Positions 1 through 10,518 of a stretch of DNA of 64,000 bases are shown here, piece by piece. Source of the stretch: an uncultured Bacteroidota bacterium (GTDB lineage: Bacteria; Bacteroidota; Bacteroidia; UKL13-3); the NCBI GenBank assembly GCA_903834625.1, contig CAILJQ010000002.1, positions 2,980-66,979 on the forward strand, in the 5' to 3' direction. Position numbers and translations under genes: made by a program. Under the pieces are notes generated by a model. The model searched no databases and was not told the DNA's origin. It saw only the letters and a list, made by a program, of their open reading frames with translations. Position 1 is the stretch's first letter. Every line of letters begins with the position of its first letter.

Positions 1-197
1 GTAGTGCCCAAATAACTTACCACTATCAAGTGGAAGAACTTATAGGAAAACAAATTATAGGGGTTATTAACTTCAAGCCTAAGCAAATTGCCCAATTTAT
101 GTCGGAGTTTTTGGTAACAGGATTCGCAGATGAAAGTGGACACATTGTGCTAAGTGAGCCACATAAAAAGGTTCCAAACGGAAGTAAACTCATATAA
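1..197 (+). CDS. metG: 3' end of a gene whose N-terminus lies outside the window. It encodes a C-terminal tRNA-binding (EMAP/Trbp111/CsaA-type OB-fold) domain. Most likely methionine--tRNA ligase.
   Basis: The frame ending at TAA 195-197 translates to ...VEELIGKQIIGVINFKPKQIAQFMSEFLVTGFADESGHIVLSEPHKKVPNGSKLI*. This matches the conserved C-terminal tRNA-binding domain of MetRS (V-x-N-KP ... G-x-S-x-G-M-x-L ... VP-G-S-K-I). Confidence 0.5.
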   Translation, partial: SAQITYHYQVEELIGKQIIGVINFKPKQIAQFMSEFLVTGFADESGHIVLSEPHKKVPNGSKLI

Positions 198-237
198 GCT
201 TTGGTTCAAACCTATATAATTTACTTACCTTCGCGCC

Positions 238-963
238 ATGGATAAACCCAAGGTAATCCCTTTCAAAGAAATGATCATCATGGAAGACGAGCATTTTGTC
301 TTCATCAATAAACCGGCTCATTACTCTTCTTTAGATGACAGGCATGGCGATGTTTTCTCTATTATTAGACAAGCAAAAAAACACGACCCAAATTTGCAAT
401 TATGCCATAGGTTAGACAAAGAAACCAGTGGTTTATTGGTAATTGCCAAAAATGAAATGGTTTATAGAGAAATGGCCATGTTGTTTGAAAAACGTCAGGT
501 AATGAAAATATACCATGCAGTTTGTATGGGCATACTAAATGTTGAGCAACAAAGCATCCAATTGCCTTTGGGTCAGACCGCCAAAGGTATTGCCAAAATT
601 GACATGAAGGAGGGAAAATTATCTGAAACTTTGGTGAGCACCTTAAAAAACTACAGACATTATTCACTACTTGCCTGCATGCCAATAACTGGTAGATTAC
701 ATCAAATTAGAATTCATTTAGCCTCCCAAAATTTTCCCTTGGTTGCAGATGAAACTTATGGGGGTAAGAAGCCATTTTTATCTGAAATAAAGCCACGCTT
801 TAAGGAAGGAAAATGGGAAAATGAAGAGCCTATGATGAAGCGAGTAGCTTTACATGCCTATTCAATGCATTTTAATCTTTTTGAAAAGGACTACCATGTG
901 GTAGCACCTTATCCAAAAGACTTTATGGTATTAATCAAACAACTCGAAAAATTCGATAGTTAA
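238..963 (+). CDS. RluA-family 23S rRNA/tRNA pseudouridine synthase
   Basis: 241-aa ORF with the catalytic HRLDKETSGLLVIAKN motif (Asp in the HRLD context) typical of the RluA/RluD/RluC family. Confidence 0.8.
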   Translation: MDKPKVIPFKEMIIMEDEHFVFINKPAHYSSLDDRHGDVFSIIRQAKKHDPNLQLCHRLDKETSGLLVIAKNEMVYREMAMLFEKRQVMKIYHAVCMGILNVEQQSIQLPLGQTAKGIAKIDMKEGKLSETLVSTLKNYRHYSLLACMPITGRLHQIRIHLASQNFPLVADETYGGKKPFLSEIKPRFKEGKWENEEPMMKRVALHAYSMHFNLFEKDYHVVAPYPKDFMVLIKQLEKFDS

Positions 964-3446
964 TCTACCTTCTTATCGGTTTCAGACAAGCCACTTGCAA
1001 AATTAATGGGATTACTTACTTGCTCTTTTAACAAGGCAAAATCAAGCACCTCATGCATTTCTTTCACGTAGGTAATATTTAAATCATTGAGGTAATCACC
1101 TTTAATTTCAAGGATATCTTTTCTGTTGGCCTCACAGAGTAAAATATCTTTGATACCTGCTCTTTTGGCTGCTAAAATTTTTTCTTTTACACCACCTATT
1201 GGAAGCACCTTACCTCTTAGCGTAATCTCACCTGTCATAGCCAAATGAGGGCGAACCTTTCTTTGGGTGTAAACAGAGGCTAAAGAAGTTAACATGGTAA
1301 CTCCAGCAGATGGTCCATCCTTAGGAACAGCACCTGCAGGAACATGAATATGCAAATCGTATTGATCAAATATGCGCGGGTCAATAGCTAGTTTTTCGTA
1401 ATTGGCTTTCAAATAACTTAAAGCAGTAATGGCAGATTCTTTCATTACCTCACCTAAATGACCTGTAAGGGTAAGTTTACCTTTTCCTTTAGACAAGATA
1501 CTTTCTACAAATAGGATCTCTCCTCCTACACTTGTCCAAGCCAAACCAGTAACAACACCAGCAACTTCATTTCCTTGGTACATTTCTTTTTCACCTCTAT
1601 CTGCACCCAAAATGGTAACTACCATTTCTTCATCTACTTTTTTGCTGTATTTCTTTTGCATCACCTTCTCGCGGGCCACATGACGGGCGATAGAGGCAAT
1701 TTGCTTTTCTAAACCACGCACGCCACTTTCGCGGGTATATCCATCTACAATTTTCTTTAATGCCTCTTCGGTAATATCAAAATCTTTGTTCACCAAACCA
1801 TGGTTTTCCTTTTGCTTTGGTATGAGATATTTCTTTGCTATTTGTACCTTCTCTTCTAAAGTATACCCGTTAATTTCAATAATTTCCATTCTATCTAATA
1901 GAGCTGGTTGAATAGTATCTAAAGAGTTGGCAGTAGCAATAAACATAACATGAGAAAGGTCGTACTCAATCTCTACATAGTTATCATAAAAAGTAGAGTT
2001 TTGTTCTGGATCTAATACTTCAAGCAAGGCACTACTAGGGTCGCCTCTAAAGCTCATTCCCATTTTATCTACCTCATCCAATACAAAAACAGGGTTATTG
2101 GTTTTAACTTTTTTCAAGTTTTGAATAACTCTACCAGGCATGGCGCCGATATAAGTTCTACGGTGACCTCTAATTTCGCTTTCATCACTTAATCCGCCCA
2201 AGGCCACACGAGCATATTTACGACCCAATGCTTTTGCAATTGATTTTCCTAAGGAGGTTTTACCCACACCTGGAGGTCCGTATAAGCAAAGAATTGGGCT
2301 CTTCATATTGTTCTTTAATTTAAGAACAGCCAAATATTCAAGGATTCTTTGTTTTACCTTTTCTAAGCCAAAATGGTCTTCGTTTAAGATTTTCTCCGCT
2401 CTTTTTAAATCAAAATTATCTTTTGAGTAATCACCCCAAGGCAAGTCTAGTAAGAGTTGCAGATAGCTTAATTGAATGCTGTAATCTGGCGCCATTGGGT
2501 TGGTTCTGCGTAAACGCTCAACTTCTTTTGCAAAGGCCTCTCCTACTTTTGTATCCCATTTTTTATTGTTTGCTGCAATAAGGAGGTTTTCAATATCGCG
2601 CTCTGGAGAATCGCCACCTAATTCTTCTTGTATGGCTTTGATTTGTTGCTGTAAGAAAAAATCACGTTGTTGTTTATCCAAATCTCCACGAACCTTGCTT
2701 TCTATTTGGGCTTTGATTTCAGCAAATTGATAATCTTTCTTCAAGGCTTCTAATACCTTTTGTGCGCGAGTTTTATAAGGAACCTCCTCAAGGATGGCTT
2801 GTTTAACCTGAATTTCTGAATTCAAATTTGAAGCAACAAAATTTACTAAAAAGGTTGGACTCTTAATTTTATTCACCGCACTTGCAGCCTCACTTGGCAT
2901 GTGCGGCGACATATTGATAATTTTCTGAGAAAAATCTTTGATAGATTCTGCCAATGCTTTTGATTCTTCATCGGCCACAAAATCTGGTTCAGAAAGCGAT
3001 AAAATATTGGCTTTTAAATAGGGTTCCTCTTGAATAAGGTTATTGATTTTAAAACTTCTTTTACCTTGAATTACCGCCATGGTGCTACCATCAGGCATTT
3101 TAATCATACGCAAAATGGAAGCTACAGTACCAATTTCATATAAATCTGTGAGCACAGGCTCCTCAATATCAGCAGATTTTTGAGCCACTACACCCACCAA
3201 TTTGTTCTGGGTTTTATAGGCTTCCTTTAATAATTGAATAGACTTATCTCGAGCAACTGTTATGGGCATAACAACACCTGGAAACAAAATGGTATTGCGA
3301 AGCGGTAAAATTGGCAGACTTTCAGGCAAATTTTCCTTGTTCATCTGGTCTTCTTCCTCTTGGCTCAGCAAGGAAATGAAGTCAGAACTCTCGTTCTCAT
3401 CGTTAATTATATTACTTAAAATCAATCTATCGTGCATTTTTCCCAT
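960..3446 (-). CDS. lon: ATP-dependent Lon protease (La)
   Basis: 828 aa. N-terminal LON domain, Walker A GPPGVGKTSLGKSIA, and a C-terminal proteolytic domain with the PKDGPSAG catalytic Ser motif. Confidence 0.95.
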   Translation of the reverse strand: MGKMHDRLILSNIINDENESSDFISLLSQEEEDQMNKENLPESLPILPLRNTILFPGVVMPITVARDKSIQLLKEAYKTQNKLVGVVAQKSADIEEPVLTDLYEIGTVASILRMIKMPDGSTMAVIQGKRSFKINNLIQEEPYLKANILSLSEPDFVADEESKALAESIKDFSQKIINMSPHMPSEAASAVNKIKSPTFLVNFVASNLNSEIQVKQAILEEVPYKTRAQKVLEALKKDYQFAEIKAQIESKVRGDLDKQQRDFFLQQQIKAIQEELGGDSPERDIENLLIAANNKKWDTKVGEAFAKEVERLRRTNPMAPDYSIQLSYLQLLLDLPWGDYSKDNFDLKRAEKILNEDHFGLEKVKQRILEYLAVLKLKNNMKSPILCLYGPPGVGKTSLGKSIAKALGRKYARVALGGLSDESEIRGHRRTYIGAMPGRVIQNLKKVKTNNPVFVLDEVDKMGMSFRGDPSSALLEVLDPEQNSTFYDNYVEIEYDLSHVMFIATANSLDTIQPALLDRMEIIEINGYTLEEKVQIAKKYLIPKQKENHGLVNKDFDITEEALKKIVDGYTRESGVRGLEKQIASIARHVAREKVMQKKYSKKVDEEMVVTILGADRGEKEMYQGNEVAGVVTGLAWTSVGGEILFVESILSKGKGKLTLTGHLGEVMKESAITALSYLKANYEKLAIDPRIFDQYDLHIHVPAGAVPKDGPSAGVTMLTSLASVYTQRKVRPHLAMTGEITLRGKVLPIGGVKEKILAAKRAGIKDILLCEANRKDILEIKGDYLNDLNITYVKEMHEVLDFALLKEQVSNPINFASGLSETDKKVD

Positions 3447-3502
3447 GAATTATAATGTATCTGCCTAATTGGCGACGTGTGTATGAATCAATACCCGTGC
3501 CA

Positions 3503-4249
3503 TTAGCCGCCAACCTGACCAAAATACCTGTCTACTAAAATAGCGCTTGCCATGGCAGCATTCAAGCTTTCGGCGGCTCCTCTTTTTTCAATTGTTACAA
3601 AATTTGATATGAAGGGCTTTAATAGAGGGTTTATTCCTGCACCCTCATTGCCAATTAACAATATCATACTTTCAGGAAATGAAAATTTAGAAGCAGGAAT
3701 ACCTTGCATATCTGCTGCCACAATGGGCAATTTTGTTTGGCTGAACCAAACTGACAAGTCGCCATATAGTACCTTAACCCTACCAATAGAGCCCATGGTT
3801 GATTGTACTACTTTGTTATTAAAGCAATCAACGGTTTGAACCGAGGCCAAAATGGTTGAAATACCATACCAATCGGCCAACCGGATGATGGTCCCTAGAT
3901 TTCCTGGATCTTGAAGGGTATCCACCGCCAAAACTAACCCAGATAAATCATTGAGGTTAAAACTTGGTTCAGGCATGTTAAATACTCCTATTACCTCCCT
4001 AGAATTCTGCAGCTGACTAATGGAATCCATTTCCTTTTGGTTTACAACCGTAAGCGGAAATTTAGTGTATTGGTTTGAACCAGCTTGGTCAAACAAAGCA
4101 TCTAAAGCGTAAATATGGTGGACTTGCAAATTTGACGATATTAAATCCGACACGGTTTTATTACCTTCGGCAACAAATAATTTATTTGCGTATCGAATAT
4201 TCTTTTCCCCAAGTGATTTAACAAATTTGATATCTGCTTTGCTTAACAT
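3503..4249 (-). CDS. TrmH/SpoU-family RNA 2'-O-methyltransferase (RlmB-like)
   Basis: SpoU methylase signatures LLIGNEGAGI and the C-terminal SLNAAMASAILV. The ORF extends to 4300, but the start at MLSKADIKFVKSL (4249) fits the family N-terminus better. Confidence 0.75.
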   Translation of the reverse strand: MLSKADIKFVKSLGEKNIRYANKLFVAEGNKTVSDLISSNLQVHHIYALDALFDQAGSNQYTKFPLTVVNQKEMDSISQLQNSREVIGVFNMPEPSFNLNDLSGLVLAVDTLQDPGNLGTIIRLADWYGISTILASVQTVDCFNNKVVQSTMGSIGRVKVLYGDLSVWFSQTKLPIVAADMQGIPASKFSFPESMILLIGNEGAGINPLLKPFISNFVTIEKRGAAESLNAAMASAILVDRYFGQVGG

Positions 4250-6551
4250 ACGAACTGGTTTACGATTACTTCTGCTTTTAGGGGTTGTGCAGGCATGCAA
4301 TTTACCAAAACTTGCAAGAAAAGAAGGACCTTTTCTTTATAAAAATCAAATTCAAATTGAAGAAAGTAAAGAAGCCCGATTGTTTACGAGTAATTTAGAT
4401 GAATACATCAAACAAAGGCCCAATAAAAGATTATTTTTTACAAGTAGGTTTGGCCTGCGTTTTTACAAAATGGGCTACAAAAACCCAGATAGCCGAATAG
4501 GAAGGACCTTACAAACTAAATTAGGTGAAGCACCCGTAATTCTAGATTCTAGCTTAATTGAGGCCTCCATTAGGGGTATGAAAGGCTTTCTTAAAACTCA
4601 AGGGTATTATTACCCAGAAATCACCTTTGAGGTGAAAGGGAAAATTCATAAGAAGGTGGTAGTTTACAAAGTTAAAACAGGCAAGGCTTACCATATTTAT
4701 CGCACTGAATTGCATATTGCCGATAAAAAACTTGATTCACTTGTTACCTCCTCTGCAGAGTTCTCCCATATCCGTTTAGGGAATAGGGTATATTTTGAAA
4801 ATATGTTAAAGGAAAAGAACAGAATCAATGAGTTGCTTAGGAACAATGGTTACTTTTCTTTTCAAAAAGACATCATCAAGTTCGACGTGGATACAGCCAT
4901 GGGTGATTTTCATGCCAATATTGCCCCCAACATTCCTAATCCAGAAAATTTCAAGCGTTATAAAACATACCATATAAGGGCCATTTCACTCGAAATTGAA
5001 AATGAGGAGGAAGACAGCCTCCACATTGGTTCAGACAGTTTAGTTACGAATCTTTTTGTTTTTAAGCATAATGGCTTCCCGCTAAATCCTGAAATTTTAG
5101 ACCGAGTTGTTTTGTTTGAACCAGGCAACTTGTTCAGCAATGAAATATCAAATACTACCTTTAGTCGTTTAAATGAACTGCAGTTATTCAGATCTGTTAA
5201 CATGACCGCTATTCCTATTCATGAAGAAACAGATACCCCTGGAATTAATTATGTTATTAAACTCCAACCAAGTAAGAAATATGATTTCACCTTTGAACCA
5301 CAAGCCATCACTTCAGATCAATCTAACTTGGTAACTGGATCAACGGGTAGAAATTATGGATTGGCCTCTCAAATCACCTTCTCAAATAAAAACATCTTCC
5401 ACAATGCTGAGATTTTGCAATTATCGTATCGCATTTCTGTTGAAGCACAAAGAGGAGAAAACATTCCCAAAAGGCCTATATTTAATAGCTATGAATCTAA
5501 CCTAAGTGCCACCCTCATTTTCCCCAAATTATTGTTCTTACGTAAACTAGATAAAACTTGGATCAACTCAACCAACCGAAGCTCTTTAAGTGCATCTACC
5601 ATTTACGAGAAAAATGTTAACTGGATTAGAAATGTTTATGGACTCTCTTTCACATGGCAGAAGAACAAAAAATATTTCAACCAATATTTTACACCAGCAG
5701 AAGTTAGTTATATAAAAACCAATTTTAACAGTGTTGAACTAGAGGAGCAAAGTAAAGGAGACCCTTATTTACAAAGTGTTTTTAGCAATAACTTGGTTAC
5801 CGGATCTAGGTATGGGTTTATTTATAACAATCAATCTGACCCGAGAAAAAAACACTTTACCTATATAAAATGGGATGTTATTGAATTGGCGGGAACCTTT
5901 ATTAACCAAGCATATAAACTCTTTAATATTGCTCCTTCTGATAGTGGATACAATACATTTTTTGGTGTACAGTATTTTCAATTTGCCAAAACAAACGCTG
6001 ATTTAAGATATAACAGATACCTAGACGAAAACAACAGATTGGCATCTAGGTTAGGCATAGGTATAGCATTACCATTTGGCAATTCTCCAGAGTATGTGCC
6101 TTTTGATAAGAGATTTTTTACTGGCGGGGCTAATAGTATTCGTGCCTTTTTACCTAGGTCAATTGGTCCTGGATCTTATGACACCATTGGTAGCCTCGAC
6201 CGAAGTGGGGATGTGAAATTAGAAATGAATTTGGAACATCGCTTTAATATTTTAAACCATTTTATTGAAGGTGCAATCTTTGTAGATGCAGGAAATATTT
6301 GGAGAATAAAGGATGATGGAAGGAAGGATGCGGTTTTTGCATTTAACAATTTCTACAAGCAGCTTGCTGTTGGAACTGGCTTGGGGGTTCGTTTAAACAT
6401 GGACTTTTTAATCCTACGCGTAGATGCTTCTTTCCCTATTTTAGACCCAAGGAAAGTGGAAGGATCAAGGTATGTTTTAGGAACCTATAGTAATGTAGGT
6501 TTGTTATGGCAAAACACCATTTTTAACTTTGGTGTTGGGTATCCTTTTTAA
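4227..6551 (+). CDS. Omp85-family (BamA/TamA-like, bacterial surface antigen D15) outer-membrane protein
   Basis: 774 aa. N-terminal signal-like segment MISALLNIRTGLRLLLLLGVVQAC. C-terminal beta-barrel ends in the aromatic GVGYPF. The surface-antigen domain architecture is recognisable. The ORF-track start at 4227 is a TTG codon and overlaps the divergent TrmH start by 23 nt, so the true start is uncertain. Confidence 0.65.
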   Translation: MISALLNIRTGLRLLLLLGVVQACNLPKLARKEGPFLYKNQIQIEESKEARLFTSNLDEYIKQRPNKRLFFTSRFGLRFYKMGYKNPDSRIGRTLQTKLGEAPVILDSSLIEASIRGMKGFLKTQGYYYPEITFEVKGKIHKKVVVYKVKTGKAYHIYRTELHIADKKLDSLVTSSAEFSHIRLGNRVYFENMLKEKNRINELLRNNGYFSFQKDIIKFDVDTAMGDFHANIAPNIPNPENFKRYKTYHIRAISLEIENEEEDSLHIGSDSLVTNLFVFKHNGFPLNPEILDRVVLFEPGNLFSNEISNTTFSRLNELQLFRSVNMTAIPIHEETDTPGINYVIKLQPSKKYDFTFEPQAITSDQSNLVTGSTGRNYGLASQITFSNKNIFHNAEILQLSYRISVEAQRGENIPKRPIFNSYESNLSATLIFPKLLFLRKLDKTWINSTNRSSLSASTIYEKNVNWIRNVYGLSFTWQKNKKYFNQYFTPAEVSYIKTNFNSVELEEQSKGDPYLQSVFSNNLVTGSRYGFIYNNQSDPRKKHFTYIKWDVIELAGTFINQAYKLFNIAPSDSGYNTFFGVQYFQFAKTNADLRYNRYLDENNRLASRLGIGIALPFGNSPEYVPFDKRFFTGGANSIRAFLPRSIGPGSYDTIGSLDRSGDVKLEMNLEHRFNILNHFIEGAIFVDAGNIWRIKDDGRKDAVFAFNNFYKQLAVGTGLGVRLNMDFLILRVDASFPILDPRKVEGSRYVLGTYSNVGLLWQNTIFNFGVGYPF

Positions 6552-6553
6552 GT

Positions 6554-9500
6554 TTATTCTTCTCTTAAAAGGGTAATTGTGCCATGCATGGTTTTTGGCT
6601 CGTTGTCGTTTGACATTTGGTATTTAAAAGCAAAGAAATAAGTCCCTTCAGGGCAATCAGCACCTGTATTAAAATTCTTTCCATTCCAATTGATTCCATC
6701 GTTTCCAAACCCGTCTTTTTCGCTATCATACACCTTATTTCCCCAGCGATTGTAAATAACCAAGTTGTATAATTTGTATCCAACGATATCAATATCAAAT
6801 GCATCATTTAATTCGTCGTTATTTGGTGTAAATACATTTGGAACAATTAAGCGCATTTCTGCTGGCAAGGTAAGCTTGCAAATACTATCAAAACAATCTT
6901 GGTTGTTATAGGCCTTTAAACAAACTACAAAAGAGCCTGTATCACCAGCATAACTGTGGGTAGGATTTTCAAGGGTACTAAAGTTTTTAGATCCACTTCT
7001 AGGGTGCCCAAAATCCCATTCGTAACGGGTGGCCTGAACCGATTTATTGACAAACTTAATGAGAGGTAATTGGCTTTGATCCAAATCAAAATCGGCTTTT
7101 ACATCTACAACTGTGATATTTTTAAAGGCAGTATCTGTACATTGAGATGAGGGCATTATAGGATACATCTTTGCCCTAAAGGTTTGCAAGGAATAATAGG
7201 TGTAGGTTAAGGTGGTATCTGGGTATAAAGTTTGCCTTAATTTACCTGTATCACCAGGCAACCAACCAAAACCCGCAACCAATTTTTCTGGGTGAGCAAT
7301 CATTTTAAATGGCACGCCAATACATACCGTATCTGGAGCCTCAAGCGCTGCCCTTGCAGATTCAATTACTCTAATCGTTCTCTTTGGAGAGTTGGCATTT
7401 ACTGAATCTGGGAATACTGCATAACATGTTTTGTATTGCCCAGTTAATGGATTAAAAATGGTATCCTCTCCTACTACATAAAGTTTGTAAATACCACCTT
7501 TGGTGTATACATGCTTAACATTAGTATCTAGCTGCGTACTCGCCGTTGCATTGTTCTGGTCTCTGAAATACCAAATCCAATTGACTAAGGGATACCCAGT
7601 GGTATTCTTTAAATTAACCTCAAAAGGTGCACAACCCACGGTATCAGAAACAATATCGAACTTGGGCCGTGGACCATCAATCCAAATGGGGATTTCAGCA
7701 GAATCTATACAACCATAAATGGTTTGAGCAACTAACTTAACAGGGTAGGTCCCATTTGATGTATAATCATGTACAGGGTTTTGTAATAAGCTGGGAAGTT
7801 TGTTATCCCCAAAACTCCAACTCCAAAATTTGATACTATCATAAGGGGCTTGGCCATACAAACTACTTGAGTCGAAATAAAGAGATTGATCCGTAAACGA
7901 TAAAATTTGAGGAGCACATAAATACCTTGGCTGCATAGGTTTTATGGCTGCTTTTACATCTACCACCTTCAGAGTTGTGCCAAGGGCAAATGTATCTCTA
8001 CATCCTAAACTATCAACAGCCACCATTCTTAACTTATAATTGCCTACCCTGTTATACAAATGTAAGGGCAATCCTCCAGATTGAGAATATCCTCCACCAT
8101 CGCCAAAATCCCAATATAATTGCTCCTTACCTGCTGCAGCCCTTGTTGGATCACGCCAATATTTTGTAGACGAATTGTAATAAGAAACATCGTCAATTAA
8201 TAAAGCAGAATCATCTAAACAAACCACAGGTTTATCAAACCTAAAGGAGCGCAAAAAGCCAAAGAACATATTTTGCTCGTATGACTTAGCACAGTCTCGA
8301 GTATTGACAATTGAAACACTAATCTTTTTAACACCAGGTGTGGTGTAGGTATAATACTGACTTGGAATGATAGAATCGGTTGGACCAAAGTTCAATGTTC
8401 TTGAACCCCCTGGGGCACCAAAGCTAATGATGACCGTTTTTAAACTATCTTGTATTGAATCTGCAAATGATAACTTTACAGACCAAGGTCCACAACCTGT
8501 ATTGGTTCTTACTGCTGTGAACATTGGATTTATTGGAAAAAACTTAAACATGTGATGGTACCAAGCAGTATCAAAACAATCGTTGCCATTTTTGTCCTTG
8601 CCATTTTTAATTATTAGCCCAACTGTCACATATCCTCTTGGGTCGCATGTGGTATTGTATGACCATGCAAAAGTGTTTGCAAAGGTATCAATGGGTGTCC
8701 AAGCGGCATTTGGGCAAACAGAATCTAGCATGATCCATGCCAACTCCCTGCCACATTTAGGCAATGTTTCGTCTAAATAGAAGGTAATGGTTTGATCCAA
8801 ACATGGCTTTTGAATTTTGTGATATAATCCCCTTCTAATAGGTGTGGCGGTGCTGTCCCAACCAGCGTCTGGCTGAGTAAGTTTCATTGGGGTGCTACTG
8901 GTATCTGAGCAACCAGTTACGGCATCGTATAATATGAGTTTAGGAAAATAACATTGATCTTCACCATCCTTATATTTGTGTTTAACATAGCTACTATCCT
9001 TACTATATCTACAATTCACGCCAACATTAATTCCATTTTTTGTATCGGTGGTACAATTGGGTGCAAAGGCATCATCAAAATCCCACAATCGGTACATCGG
9101 GCCATTGTTATAAAAGCATGAGTGGTCTCCCGCTGGATTTCTAAAATAGGTAGTATCATGTACCTCACATTGGATACTATTTCTTACCGGATCAGGCCTT
9201 GTTTCAATGGCCGATTTTGGTCCAAATATTTTTACCGTTGTATCAGTTTTAACAAAGCAATTTCCTAACCTTACGTACATCCTAAACTCAAACTCACCAC
9301 AATCTGGAAAACTAATGGAATCGGAATAAACGTTAACAATGGTATCAATTCTAACAGGATTTCCCACTTTATAAATAGCCCAAAACACTTGCGAAGCGCC
9401 TGGGTAAAAGTTCTTAGATGAATATCTGAACCCATTACCATAATAACAAGTACTGGTTTGGTTCAAGTAAATTAAACTATCTATGACATAATTTTCGGCT

Positions 9501-10345
9501 GCTGGAAAAAACACTGCGGTATCTCTGCAACCATTTTTGTCTTCTACATAAAGTTTAGCGGTGAAAATACCAGTGGTTGTATAGTTATGAACAAAGCCAG
9601 TCCATGGACTAGTAGCTGTAGATCCATCTCCAAAGTCCCAGGTGTAGGAGTTCACCAATGATTGAGGAATTTTACTTGTATTGGTATATGTAGAAGGTGT
9701 TTTACCACATTGGGTGGTATAGTTGGTCCTAAAACTCACTTCCTGCATTTTAGCAAAGACAGTAACATAGTCTTTTCTCTCTTTCCTACTCATGCAATTA
9801 TTTGCATCCGTTACCTCTAAAACAAGCGTATAAAGACCCCCAAGCGGATTGGTGTATGAATGGCAAATGGTATTCCCTGTTCCAGGTGCTTGGTTACTAA
9901 AGCCCCCATCACCATAGAGAAAGAGTCGAGATGTAATAGCTGCGTTATCTAAACCTGGTGCAGAGATATCATTCATGCAAATATTATTCCCTCTAAAACA
10001 TTGGGTTAAAGGAGTAGTCACTGAAAAATCTGCCTTTGGATTATCTACTACTTGAATGGTATCGCCAGAGACCGTGCAGGAACCGCCACTTGCAAAATTT
10101 ACAGTAACAGTAGGCACAAATTTACCCCTAGCTGGATATTGGTATACAGGGCTGGCCTGACTGCTGGTAGCAGCATTGCCAAAATTCCATGAAAAGGAAT
10201 TTGCTGTAAAACCAGGGTCGTAGGTAACTGTAAATAAAAGAGTATTACCCAAACAAACCTTGTTGGTGGCTACTACTATTTTACAATTTTGGGCAAAAGT
10301 AATTCCAGAAAGTAAAACAAAAACTAGAGGCAGGATTTTTCTCAT
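6554..10345 (-). CDS. Very large secreted PKD-repeat protein with a gliding-motility-associated C-terminal domain. It is a T9SS type-B (CHU_C) cargo and a putative adhesin.
   Basis: 1263 aa. Signal peptide MRKILPLVFVLLSGITFAQ. Repeated W-D/N-FGDG-S/T PKD-like motifs (SWNFGNA, TWDFGDGS, YWDFGDGG, SWSFGDN, EWDFGHP). C-terminal VPNVFTPNNDELNDAF...IYNRWGNKVYDS is the CHU_C/T9SS type-B sorting signature. Confidence 0.85.
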   Translation of the reverse strand: MRKILPLVFVLLSGITFAQNCKIVVATNKVCLGNTLLFTVTYDPGFTANSFSWNFGNAATSSQASPVYQYPARGKFVPTVTVNFASGGSCTVSGDTIQVVDNPKADFSVTTPLTQCFRGNNICMNDISAPGLDNAAITSRLFLYGDGGFSNQAPGTGNTICHSYTNPLGGLYTLVLEVTDANNCMSRKERKDYVTVFAKMQEVSFRTNYTTQCGKTPSTYTNTSKIPQSLVNSYTWDFGDGSTATSPWTGFVHNYTTTGIFTAKLYVEDKNGCRDTAVFFPAAENYVIDSLIYLNQTSTCYYGNGFRYSSKNFYPGASQVFWAIYKVGNPVRIDTIVNVYSDSISFPDCGEFEFRMYVRLGNCFVKTDTTVKIFGPKSAIETRPDPVRNSIQCEVHDTTYFRNPAGDHSCFYNNGPMYRLWDFDDAFAPNCTTDTKNGINVGVNCRYSKDSSYVKHKYKDGEDQCYFPKLILYDAVTGCSDTSSTPMKLTQPDAGWDSTATPIRRGLYHKIQKPCLDQTITFYLDETLPKCGRELAWIMLDSVCPNAAWTPIDTFANTFAWSYNTTCDPRGYVTVGLIIKNGKDKNGNDCFDTAWYHHMFKFFPINPMFTAVRTNTGCGPWSVKLSFADSIQDSLKTVIISFGAPGGSRTLNFGPTDSIIPSQYYTYTTPGVKKISVSIVNTRDCAKSYEQNMFFGFLRSFRFDKPVVCLDDSALLIDDVSYYNSSTKYWRDPTRAAAGKEQLYWDFGDGGGYSQSGGLPLHLYNRVGNYKLRMVAVDSLGCRDTFALGTTLKVVDVKAAIKPMQPRYLCAPQILSFTDQSLYFDSSSLYGQAPYDSIKFWSWSFGDNKLPSLLQNPVHDYTSNGTYPVKLVAQTIYGCIDSAEIPIWIDGPRPKFDIVSDTVGCAPFEVNLKNTTGYPLVNWIWYFRDQNNATASTQLDTNVKHVYTKGGIYKLYVVGEDTIFNPLTGQYKTCYAVFPDSVNANSPKRTIRVIESARAALEAPDTVCIGVPFKMIAHPEKLVAGFGWLPGDTGKLRQTLYPDTTLTYTYYSLQTFRAKMYPIMPSSQCTDTAFKNITVVDVKADFDLDQSQLPLIKFVNKSVQATRYEWDFGHPRSGSKNFSTLENPTHSYAGDTGSFVVCLKAYNNQDCFDSICKLTLPAEMRLIVPNVFTPNNDELNDAFDIDIVGYKLYNLVIYNRWGNKVYDSEKDGFGNDGINWNGKNFNTGADCPEGTYFFAFKYQMSNDNEPKTMHGTITLLREE

Positions 10346-10502
10346 TCAAAACATATTTCATCGGGAATATAATAAATCTGATCTAATTGGTAGGGTCTAA
10401 ATACCTTATTAAGTCATTTTTAACAGAATTCAGATAGAAGACGCTCAATTTCAACTATTGGTTGCATAAAAGGGCAAGGTTTCCTCACTTTAAAATTTTG
10501 TA

Positions 10503-10510
10503 TATCTTTG
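10503..10510 (+). promoter_or_regulatory. Candidate Bacteroidota sigma-A -7 box (TATCTTTG, consensus TAnnTTTG) for the mtaB-like gene
   Basis: TATCTTTG lies 9 nt upstream of the ATG at 10519. This implies a very short leader. Confidence 0.35.
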
Positions 10511-10518
10511 CCGCCCAC

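Noticed and set aside
10462-10518. N-terminal extensions in the ORF track: MHKRARFPHFKILYIFAAH before mtaB, and similar extensions at 17882, 22049, 34872, 44910, 48570 and 20769.
   Set aside because: Family-typical N-termini and signal peptides begin at internal Met codons. Several of the upstream extensions overlap neighbouring genes.
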